Part shown: one piece after another, positions 55,112-64,000 of the stretch | Position numbering within the stretch: the first letter of the stretch is position 1 | How the letters are laid out: each line of letters opens with the position of its first letter | Origin: an uncultured delta proteobacterium | GTDB taxonomy: Bacteria > Myxococcota > Myxococcia > Myxococcales > Myxococcaceae | Assembly (NCBI GenBank): GCA_963771175.1 | Contig: CAVYSY010000035.1 | Span: forward strand, 35,482 to 99,481 | Length of the DNA stretch: 64,000 nucleotides | Direction of reading: 5' to 3' | Program-made: the position numbers and the translations under genes | Notes under the pieces: model-generated | The model's input: only the letters and a program-made list of their open reading frames with translations | What the model was told of the DNA's origin: nothing | Databases searched by the model: none

Positions 55112-56639
55112 TCAGGCCGTGGCGGCGCGCACGACGCGGATCAGCTCGCCGGAGTCGATGAGCTCGCAGACGGCCTCGATGTCGCGGTGGATCTCGCGGT
55201 CCTTCTCCATGGTGGGCACGCGGCTGCGGACCAGCTCGTGCGCGGCGCGAGGCCCGCGGCCGGCCTTCACCGGCAGCCGGAAGTCCAGCGCCTGGCTGGC
55301 CACCAGCATCTCGATGGCGAGGCACGTGCGGGTGAGCTCCGCGACCTGGCGGCCTTGAGCGCCGCGGTCATGCCCATGGAGACGTGGTCCTCGCGGCCGG
55401 CGGAGGAGGGGATGGAGTCCACCGAGGCGGGGTGGCACAGCACGCGGGACTCGGCGACCAGGGCCGCGCTGGTCACCTGGGCGATCATGAAGCCCGAGTT
55501 GAGCCCCGAGTTCTTCGCCAGGAAGGGCGGCAGGTTGGACAGCGAGGGGTTGACGAGCTGCTCCACGCGGCGCTCGCTGATGGAGGAGAGCTGGGTGAGC
55601 GCCATGGCCATCACGTCGAGGGCCAGCGAGAGGGGCTGGCCGTGGAAGTTGCCGCCCGAGACGATGCGGCCGCTGTCCACGAAGACGAGCGGGTTGTCGG
55701 TGGCGCTGTTGACCTCGACCTCGAGGATGCGCCGGCGCGAAGGCGAGTCCCTCGCGCGCCGCGCCGTGCACCTGGGGCATGCAGCGCAGCGAGTAGGGAT
55801 CCTGCACCTTGCTGCAGTTGATGTGCGTCTCCACCAGCTCGCTGCCCGCGAGCAGCCGGCGCAGGTGGGCGGCGCAGGCCTTCTGGCCCTCGTGGGGGCG
55901 CACGTCCTGGATCTCCGGGATGAAGGGCTTGTGGCTGCCCAGCAGGCCCTCCAGCGTCATGGAGCCGGCGATGTCCGCCACGTTGGCAGAGCATCTCGGC
56001 GCGGAGCTGGAGCAGGCTGCCCACGGCGCACATGGCCTGGGTGCCGTTGACGAGCGCCAGGCCCTCCTTGGCCTCCAGCACCACGGGCGTCAGCCCGGCG
56101 CGCTCCAGCGCATTCCGGGCCGGCATCCGCTGGCCCTGGTAGAAGGCCTCGCCCTCGCCGATGAAGACGAGCGCCAGGTGCGCCAGCGGCGCCAGGTCTC
56201 CCGAGGCGCCCACGCTGCCGCGCTCGGGCACCACCGGCACCACGTCCCGGTTGAGCATGTCCAGGGCGAGCTGCAGCGTCTCCAGGCGGATGCCGGAGTA
56301 GCCCTTGGCGAGCACGTTGCAGCGCAGCAGCAGCAGGGCGCGGGCCTCGGGGATGGACAGGGGCGTGCCCACGCCGGCCGCGTGCGAGAGGATGAGGTTG
56401 CGCTGCAGCTCGCGCAGGTCCTTCTTGTCGATGCGCACCTCGGCCAGGGTGCCGAAGCCGGTGTTGATGCCGTAGGAGGGCGTGTCCCCGGCGGCGACGC
56501 GGTCCACCAGTTCGCGCGACTCCTGGACGCAGGCCTTGGCCTCGGGGGAGAGCTCCACGGTCAGCTCGTTGCGAGCGACCTGCAGGATCTCCTCCAGGCG
56601 GAGGGTGTCACCATCGATCAGAAGGCGGGGGCGGTACAT
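55112..56639 (-). CDS. hutH: Histidine ammonia-lyase (indels near 55980, 55740, 55350)
   Basis: [19 protein letters not shown] (MIO), [32 protein letters not shown]. Confidence 0.93.
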
Positions 56640-56745
56640 GTGCGGGCTCCAGACGCAGCGGGTGCGGCGGTACGATGAGGCGCGTCCCTATACCCCAACA
56701 GTTTGCCGTGTGCAGCCCGTCCGCTCCGCGAGCTTCCGGCAGCTT

Positions 56746-56774
56746 TTGACAGCCGGAAGACACCTCACTAGCTT
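56746..56774 (+). promoter_or_regulatory. Sigma70 promoter of lysC
   Basis: TTGACA-17-TAGCTT, then AGGAGGA RBS before GTG 56805. Confidence 0.7.
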
Positions 56775-56804
56775 GACGCACCGTTCCAGGAGGAACCAGC
56801 CAAC

Positions 56805-58034
56805 GTGGCACTGATCGTCCAGAAGTACGGCGGCACGTCGGTCGGCGACACCGACCGCATCAAGAACGTGGCGCGCCGCTGCATCGCGGCCCAGGCCGCC
56901 GGGCACGACGTGGTCGTCGTCGTCTCCGCCATGTCCGGGGAGACGAACCGGCTGTTGAAGCTCGTCTCCCAGATCACCGACCGGCCGAGCGAGCGGGAGC
57001 AGGACGTGGTGGTGGCCACCGGCGAGCAGGTGTCGATCGGCCTCCTCGCCATGGCCATCCAGGCGCAGGGCGGCCAGGCCACCAGCTTCCTCGGCCACCA
57101 GGTGCGGATCGTCACCGACAACGTCTTCTCCAAGGCGCGGATCAAACGCATCGACGCGGAGAAGATCGTCGAGGCGCTCAAACAGAAGCACATCGTGGTG
57201 GTGGCCGGCTTCCAGGGCCTGGACGAGCAGGGCAACGTCACCACGCTGGGGCGCGGCGGCTCGGACACCACGGCGGTGGCGCTCGCCGCGGCGCTCAAGG
57301 CGGATGCCTGCGAGATCTACACGGACGTGGACGGCGTCTACACGACCGACCCCAACGTGTGCCCCGCGGCGCGCAAGCTGGATCGCATCTCCTACGAGGA
57401 GATGCTCGAGCTGGCCAGCGCTGGGCGCCAAGGTCCTGCAGATCCGTTCGGTCGAGTTCGCGATGAAGTACAAGGTGCCGCTCTGGGTGAAGTCCTCCTT
57501 CTCGACGACCCCGGCACCCTGGTGTGCGAGGAGGACAAGTCGATGGAGAACGTGGTTGTCAGCGGCGTCGCCTACGACAAGAACGAGGCGAAGCTCGCCA
57601 TCAGCGGCGTGCCGGATGTGCCGGGCGTGGCCGCGAAGATCTTCGGCGCGCTCGACGAGCAGAACATCGTGGTGGACCTGATCGTCCAGACCGCCTCCCG
57701 GGATGGCCGCACGGACCTGACCTTCACGGTGGGCAAGACGGACCTGGTCAAGGCCAAGGAGGTCGTCGCGCGGGTGACCCAGGACGTCCATGCCGGCGGC
57801 GTGGAGACGGACGACGACGTCGCCAAGGTCTCCATCGTGGGCGTGGGCATGCGCAACCACTCGGGCGTGGCGGCGAAGATGTTCCAGGTGCTCGCCAGCG
57901 AGGGCATCAACATCCAGATCATCTCCACCTCGGAGATCAAGGTCTCCTGCCTCATCCAGTCGAAGTACACGGAGCTGGCCGTCCGCGCGCTGCACACGGC
58001 GTTCGGTCTGGACAAGGCGCCCGCGGCGAGCTGA
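56805..58034 (+). CDS. lysC: Aspartate kinase (compensating frameshifts about 57420-57505)
   Basis: [39 protein letters not shown] in alternate frame, two ACT domains, STSEIK. Confidence 0.95.
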   Translation: MALIVQKYGGTSVGDTDRIKNVARRCIAAQAAGHDVVVVVSAMSGETNRLLKLVSQITDRPSEREQDVVVATGEQVSIGLLAMAIQAQGGQATSFLGHQVRIVTDNVFSKARIKRIDAEKIVEALKQKHIVVVAGFQGLDEQGNVTTLGRGGSDTTAVALAAALKADACEIYTDVDGVYTTDPNVCPAARKLDRISYEEMLELASAGRQGPADPFGRVRDEVQGAALGEVLLLDDPGTLVCEEDKSMENVVVSGVAYDKNEAKLAISGVPDVPGVAAKIFGALDEQNIVVDLIVQTASRDGRTDLTFTVGKTDLVKAKEVVARVTQDVHAGGVETDDDVAKVSIVGVGMRNHSGVAAKMFQVLASEGINIQIISTSEIKVSCLIQSKYTELAVRALHTAFGLDKAPAAS

Positions 58035-58037
58035 GCG

Positions 58038-58421
58038 GTGAATCGCACGGGCGCGCTCGCGGTGGCCGCGCTCGGGCTGTTGGGCCTGGGCGTGCTGGCA
58101 CGCGGGCGCTGGCCGGGCTCCGAGCCCGCGCTGGACTGTGAGCCCGGCGCGGTGCGTGTGGTGGACGGAGTGGCGGTGTGTGGTGACGGTGCCATCCCCT
58201 CCGCCCCCCAGCGCCTCCTGCTGGGACAGAAGCTGGACCTCAACACCGTGTCCGAGGCCGACCTGGCGCGAGTGCCCGGGGTGGGGTCCTCGCTGGCCCG
58301 GCGGCTGGTGCGGGAGCGCGAGGCGGCGGGCCGTTTCGTGTCCTGGGAGCAGGTGGCGGGCGTGCCGGGGGTGGGTGCCGCCCGGTTGGAGACCCTCCAG
58401 GCCACAACGGAGCTCAGGTAG
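58038..58421 (+). CDS. ComEA-like helix-hairpin-helix protein
   Basis: LDLNT.SEADLARVPGVG..LA, VPGVG; N-terminal TM. Confidence 0.85.
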   Translation: MNRTGALAVAALGLLGLGVLARGRWPGSEPALDCEPGAVRVVDGVAVCGDGAIPSAPQRLLLGQKLDLNTVSEADLARVPGVGSSLARRLVREREAAGRFVSWEQVAGVPGVGAARLETLQATTELR

Positions 58422-58458
58422 GAGCCACGTCCTCCGAGGCGTGTGGTAAACACCGTCC

Positions 58459-60679
58459 GTGCAGATCGCCTGCCCAAAGTGCTCCATGCAGTATGCGCTC
58501 GATCCCCGGCTGCTACCGCCCGGGGGCGTGCCGGTGCAGTGCACCCGCTGCAGCCACGTCTTCACCGCGGCCCCTCCGGCCAAGGCGACCACCCAGAGCA
58601 CGCAGGTCTTTGGCAGCCCGGTTCCCGCCATCGCCCCGGTGCCCGCTGTTCCTTCGGTGCCCTCCGTCGCTCCGGTGCGGACTCCGGCCGCGAAGCCCGC
58701 GGCGGCGAAGCCCGCGGCAGCGAAGCCCGCGACCGCGAAGCCCGCGGCAGCGAAACCCGCGGCCCGCGACTTGAACGCCACGCTGCCCTACGGCAAGAGC
58801 CCGCTGCCGGCCCCTGGCGACGCATGCGTTCGGAGCGGTGCCGCAGCCAGCTCCCGTGGCGCCCTCGGGCAACAAGCCCCAGGTCGCGGGCAACACGCTC
58901 CAGGCCGCCAGACCCCCGGGGTGCGGCTCCCGCTCATGACGACGCAGGCGTTCGGCGCGGTGCCGCAGCCCGCTCCCAAGCCGTCGACCCCCTCGAAGAC
59001 GCCTCCCTTCGGCTCCGTTCCCGCGGCCTCCCCCGCGGCCGGGCCCCAGGTCGGCGCGGCGCCCGCCGTGTCGGCGACGCAGGTGTTTGGTGCGGTGCCG
59101 CAGCCGCAGGTGCCGCCCGTGAGCCAGGCTCCGGTCGCGGCCTCGTCGCCGTGTCCATGACGGAGCTGTTCGGCGACCTCTCGGACTTCGAGTCCGACAT
59201 GGATGTGTCGCTGAAGGGGGTGGAGTCGCTGCCCGGCCCGTCCATGGATCGAGGTCCCGAGCCGCTCCCGCCGCTCAGCGGACCCGGGCCGAAGGCGGCG
59301 AGCCCGCCGTGCAGCCCCCGGGAATGCTGCCCCGGAACGCGCCCCAGGGGCCCGCCGTCCCGTCCCTCCCGTCCTGGCCCCGGCCCCGTCCGCGCCGGTG
59401 GTGGCGGTCGCGGCGACGACGCCCATCGAGCTTCCCGAGGAGATCCTGGAGCAGTTGAACCGCCCGCTCTCGGAGCTGATGGCGAAGGGCTCGTCTTCCG
59501 CGGAGAGTGCGTCCTCGGAGGTGCCGGGGCCGGGACCGTCCGCGCCGGGTTTGTCCAAGCCTCTGGAGCTGCCGCCGGAGCTGCTCGACGCGCCGCGTGC
59601 GAACGCCAACGAGGATCGCGGCGCGCGTCCCCAGAAGAGCCGGGGCCGTGTCCTGCTCATCGCGGGGGGCGTGCTCGTGGTTGCCCTGACGGCGTTCTTC
59701 ACCTCGCCGCTCTGGCGTGGGAAGTCCAACGCGGTGCCGCGTGAGGTGTTGGTCGCCAAGGACGAGGCGGTGGTGATGCTGCGGCGCGACGACACGACGT
59801 CGCAGATGGACGCCCTCTCCCGCTTGAAGAACCTGTCGGGCACGCACCCCACGAGCGTCGAGCTCCAGACGGAGATGGCGATCGCCCTCGCCATGCACCT
59901 GGATGACACCCGCGTCCAGGTGAACACGCTCGAGGCGAAGTTGGCGCGGCTGCGGGAGCAGATCAGCACCCTCACGAAGGCCCAGACCCCGGCGGACTGG
60001 CAGAGTCGCGTCAACGCGATGCGCGAGGAGGTGACCGCCGCCGAGAGCCAACTGGTGCCGATCCAGGAGCGGAACGCGGCCTCTCGAAGCAGGCCCTGGA
60101 GCTGGTGAAGCGGCTGGCGGCGCCTGCTCCCCGAGGAGACGAAGGACGAGGCGAAGGAGCGCGCGCAGTCCCGCCTGCGGGCCCGGGCGCTGCTGAGCGC
60201 CGTGCTGGGCTCGGCCGAGACTCCCGGGTCTGGCCGTGCAGCTCGCCCAGGGCGGGCAGCAGGACTGGAGCACGCTGACGATGGCGGAGTACGTCCTCAA
60301 CGCCTCCAACACGGAGAACCAGCTCGCCGAGACCGACTCCGCGCTGAAGCTACCTGCGTGAGGCGAACAGCTCCTTCCTGCGCACCTACGTGCTGGGGGC
60401 GCGGCTCGCCCTGCGGCGCGAGCATCCGGCCGACGCGCAGGCGCTGCTGGACACCGTCCTCACCCTCAATCCCAAGCACGAGCTGGCCCGGCAGCTCCAG
60501 GACCATGCCAAGGAGCTGGAGCAGGCGAGCCAGGAGCCCGCTCCCGCTCCCGTGCCCGAGTTCGCTCCCGTGCCCGAGTTCGCTCCCGTGCCCGAGTTCG
60601 CTCCCGTGCCCGAGTCCGTTCCCGCGCCCGCGCCCGAGTCCGTTCCCTCGCCCGCTCCCGATCCGCTCCCTCGCCCTGA
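58459..60679 (+). CDS. Zinc-ribbon (MJ0042-like) membrane protein with Pro/Ala linker, coiled coil and TPR-like end (multiple frameshifts)
   Basis: CPKC..Y...VQCTRCSHVF; TM near 59650-59710; restoring one G in the last repeat gives PESAPSP-stop at 60679. Confidence 0.7.
58690..58764 (+). repeat. Five 15-nt repeats encoding AKPAA
   Basis: GCGAAGCCCGCGGCN x5. Confidence 0.9.
60546..60617 (+). repeat. Four 18-nt repeats encoding APVPEF
   Basis: GCTCCCGTGCCCGAGTTC x4, then degenerate copies. Confidence 0.9.
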
Positions 60680-60735
60680 CCCGGGGTGTTCACCTCCCGT
60701 CCTCCGGGGAGGAAAGGAAGTTCCCACCGAGCGGG

Positions 60736-60751
60736 TGGTACGTGCCTTGCT
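60736..60751 (+). promoter_or_regulatory. Sigma54 promoter of GT2 gene
   Basis: TGGTACGTGCCTTGCT, GG-N10-GC, about 50 nt upstream of ATG 60803. Confidence 0.65.
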
Positions 60752-60802
60752 CCCCTGAGCCACGCGTGGATGCGATTCGAGGGGCGGGGGGAGGCAGGGG
60801 TG

Positions 60803-62058
60803 ATGGCGGAGCTGGTGTTCTGGTGTGCGCGGTGTTGTTGGTGCACACGTACTTTCTGTACCCGGTGGTGCTGTTCGCCTTGGATGGGATAGCGCAGGTG
60901 CGGCACAACGTGAGCTACATGCGCTCGGGGAGGAGCCGTCGCCGCGGGGAGCAGCCGGTCGAGCTGCCTCGGGTGAGCCTGGTGGTGGCGGCCTACAACG
61001 AGGCGAGCTGCATCGAGGAGAAGCTGCGCAACAGTCTGGCGCTGGACTATCCGGCGGCGCGCTTCGAGGTGCTGATCGGCTCGGACGGCTCGACGGACGG
61101 GACGGATGAGCTGGTTCTGCGGTGCGCGGACGAGCGGGTGCGGCTGTCGGCGGCGCCGCGCGCGGGGAAGACGTCGGTGCTCAACCGGTGCATCCCGCTG
61201 GCGAAGGGGGACATCGTGTTGCTGTCGGACGCGAACACGATGATCGAACCGGAGGCGGTGAAGCGGCTGGTGCGGCACTTCGAGGACCCCGAGGTGGGGG
61301 CGGTGTGCGGGCAGCTCCGGCTCTTCAACCCGACGAAGGCCGAGTACGAGGAGAGCACGTACTGGAACTACGAGTCGCTCATCAAGTTCTACGAGGGCAA
61401 GCGCGGGGCGGTGGTGGGCGCGAACGGCGGGCTGTACGCCATCCGCCGCTCGCTGTTCAACACGCTGCCGCCGTCGACGATCGTCGACGATTTCGTGATT
61501 CCGCTGCGCATCCTGGAGAAGGGCTACAAGGTGGTCTACGAGCCCGAGGCGGTGGCGCACGAGGAGACGACGGAGGACTACCGGAAGGAGTTCGGGCGGA
61601 GGGCGCGCATCGCGGCGGGCAATTTCCAGAGCCTGAAGCTGGTGCCGGGGCTGCTCTCGCCACTGGCGGGCTTCCCGGCGTTCGCCTTCTGGTCGCACAA
61701 GCTGCTGCGCTGGTGCGCGCCGGTGCTGATGGCCCTGGCGTTGTTGGCGAATCTCTTCCTGCTGAGCAGGACTTTCTACCAGCTCACGCTGATGGGGCAG
61801 GTGCTGTTCTACGCGCTGGCGTACCTGGGGAAGAAGGGGGCGCTGAGGGGGTCGGCCAAGAGGGTGGCGTCGGTGGCCTACTACTTCGTGACGATGAACC
61901 TGGCGATCGTGGTGGGCTTCTGGCGCTTCCTGCGCAACACGCAGCGGGCGGCGTGGGAGCGCACGGCCCGGGCCCCCTCCGTCATAGAAGAGCCTCACGT
62001 GTCGGCCGGCCGGAGCCCGGACAACTCGGCCAGGTCCGCACCGGCCCGATGCTCTTGA
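60803..62058 (+). CDS. Membrane GT2 glycosyltransferase (frameshift near 60830; true stop may be near 61987)
   Basis: [47 protein letters not shown]-terminal TMs. Confidence 0.9.
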
Positions 62059-63639
62059 TGTCCACCTGGCCCCGCGGCTCGAAGTCGAAGTGCTCGCGCA
62101 GGGCCAGGTATGTGGGCTCGCTCACGTGGATGCGGCCGGGCAGCCCGTGCGACTCCAGGCGGCTGGCCATGTTCACCGCGTCTCCCCACAGGTCATAGGC
62201 GAACTTGTGGGTGCCGATGATTCCCGCGACCACCGGACCGGTGTGGAGGCCGATCCGCACGTCGAGCGGCCACCGGCCTCGCTGATCCGATTGAGCGTCT
62301 CGAGCACCTCCAGCGCCATCCGGGCCACACGCTCGCGGTGGTCCACGGTCGCCGCGGGGACGCCGGCCGCCACCATGTACGCGTCGCCGATCGTCTTGAT
62401 CTTCTCCAGCCCGTGACGCGCGGTGAGGGCGTCGAAGGCGGTGAAGACATGGCCGAGCACCTCCACCACCTGCTCGGGTGGAATGGGGCCTGCCCAGCGG
62501 GTGAAGCCCACCAGATCGGCGAACAACACCGTCACGTCCTCGAAGCGCTCGGCGATGGTCTGCTCGCCCCGCTTGAGCCGCTGGCGATGGGCTGGGGCAA
62601 CACGTTGAGCAGCAGCCGCTCCGACTGGTGGTTGGCCTCGCTCAGCTCCCGGGTCCGCTCGGCGATGCCGGACCTCCAGGCCCTGATTGAGCCTCGATTT
62701 GCCGCTGGGCACGTAGCCGCTCGGAGATGTCGCGGAGGATGAGGGTGGTGAGCTGCTCTCCGCCGACCGAGGACGCGGGAGGCCGAGGCCTCCACGGGGA
62801 CCTGCGTGCCGTTCGGCGCACACGCCCGTCAGCTCGATCAATCCCTGGGGGGCACCGGAGACGTCGTACCCGGGAAGGAAGCGGGAGAGGGGCTGGAGCA
62901 GGGCGTCCGAGGCCGAGCACCGGAAGATGGACTGGGCGGCACGGTTGAAGGCGATGACGCGGCCCTTCACGTCCACGGTGACGATGGCGTCCAGGGCCGT
63001 CTCGATGATGGAGTCCGTCACCCGCCGCACGTCCTGGAGCTGCTCGTCCAGGAGCGCGCGGCTGATGCGCGAGGCCGTCATGGACGCGATGGTGGTCAGC
63101 AGGTGGAGGTGCTCCTCGGTGAAGAAGCCCACCTGGGAGTGCTCGGAGTCGAGCACCCCGATGACCTCGTCTCGGAAGAAGAGGGGGACGGCGAGTCGGA
63201 CAGACGCATCTTGTCGTCGCGGATGTAGCGGGGATCCTCCCGGGTGTCGGGGATGAGCGCGGGCCTGCCGGTGGCGGCCACCGTTCCCACGATGCCCTGG
63301 CCCAACGGGATGCGGATGGGGTCGAGGATCTCCCTGCCTTGTGGGTTCTTCGGCCCGTAGGCCGCGCGTTGGATGAGGTGCTGGCGCTCCTCGTCCAGCA
63401 GGTAGATGACGCAGTCCTCCAGGTCGAGGTGGGCCACGGTGCCGTTGGCCACGTCCCAGAGGATGTCGTCGATGTCCGTCTGGAAGTGGAGCAGGGAGGA
63501 GGCGAGGCGGGTGATGGCGTCGAGGCCGGCGGCCTTGGCCTCCAGCTCGACGGCAGCGTCGTTCCAACTCCAGGTAGCGTTGCTCCAGGGTGGGAGGGGG
63601 GGAAGGGGCTGGCTCGGCGGGGGGAGGGGGACGGCTCAC
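61995..63639 (-). CDS. GAF-PAS class III adenylate cyclase (multiple frameshifts; ends approximate)
   Basis: [59 protein letters not shown] (Lys/Asp indicate ATP specificity). Confidence 0.88.
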
Positions 63640-63712
63640 CCCTCCATCTTGAGCCCTCTTCAGGGGGGCTACGCAAGCTCGGGGGGAGGGGCGAGAGCGG
63701 GCGCTCGCGGAC

Positions 63713-64000
63713 TCAGGTCCAGGTGCGCGTCTGGTTGCGCGCGTTCTTCTCGCGGAAGGCCTGCTCGACGTCCACGCCGACGCGGTTGGCGATGGCGAGG
63801 AGGTAGTTGAGGACGTCGACCATCTCCTCGCCGAGGTGGGCGCGTGCCTCCTCGGTCGGGGTGCTCCGGCCCTCGTCGTACAGCTTGTTGTACTTGCGTA
63901 CCGCCTTGAACAGCTCGCCCACCTCCTCGCCCATGAGGAAGCAGTTGTGGACGAGGTCCAGCTTCAGCCAGCCGTGCATCGCTTCGAGGTCGTGGATGTA
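63713..64000 (-). CDS. MazG-like nucleotide pyrophosphohydrolase (N-terminus outside window)
   Basis: MGEEVGELFKAVRK, LGEEMVDVLNYL, EKNARN. Confidence 0.88.
   Translation of the reverse strand, partial: YIHDLEAMHGWLKLDLVHNCFLMGEEVGELFKAVRKYNKLYDEGRSTPTEEARAHLGEEMVDVLNYLLAIANRVGVDVEQAFREKNARNQTRTWT

Noticed and set aside
55112..58034. hutH and lysC as pseudogenes or programmed frameshifts
   Set aside because: All motifs are preserved and the indels are scattered without slippery sites; sequencing error is simpler
58690..60660. Short tandem repeats as a CRISPR array
   Set aside because: No spacers, in-frame 15/18-nt units encoding linkers, and no cas genes

Overview
High-GC bacterial DNA. 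Gene content (ELWxxDGT lipoprotein, carboxypeptidase-regulatory-repeat protein, zinc-ribbon low-complexity protein, several sigma54 promoters) suggests a myxobacterium. Single-base indels break many genes, including housekeeping lysC and hutH, so most frameshifts are probably read/assembly errors. Left part (1-16 kb): ABC transporter with a cytochrome c'-like gene, trpB2, mscL, P450, a lower-GC ComEC-like hydrolase, a phosphotransferase, a desaturase, a GNAT, a secreted GH73 hydrolase with Ig repeats, and opgG-orf-opgH. At 16-26 kb is a tightly coupled minus-strand operon: CotH kinase, VTC polyphosphate-polymerase-domain protein, porin, thymidylate-kinase/helical-repeat fusion, DUF4956 and a heterodimeric ABC exporter, behind a Pho-box-like repeat. 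After a degenerate group II intron 3' end comes a stand-alone ~21.6 kb hybrid NRPS-PKS (26628-48274), probably one ~7,200-aa polypeptide: ACP-Cy-A(Cys)-PCP-KS-AT-KR-ACP-TE-KS-DH-KR-ACP-KS-DH-KR-ACP-KS-AT-KR-ACP-flavin monooxygenase-FSH1 hydrolase. It has an internal TE, two AT-less modules, near-identical duplicated cassettes and a Cys-nucleophile terminal hydrolase. Right part: MepB-like, MBL hydrolase, receiver protein, mntP, a large repeat protein, hutH, lysC, comEA-like, zinc-ribbon protein, GT2, GAF-PAS adenylate cyclase and MazG. All calls come from motif recognition; no database searches were run.
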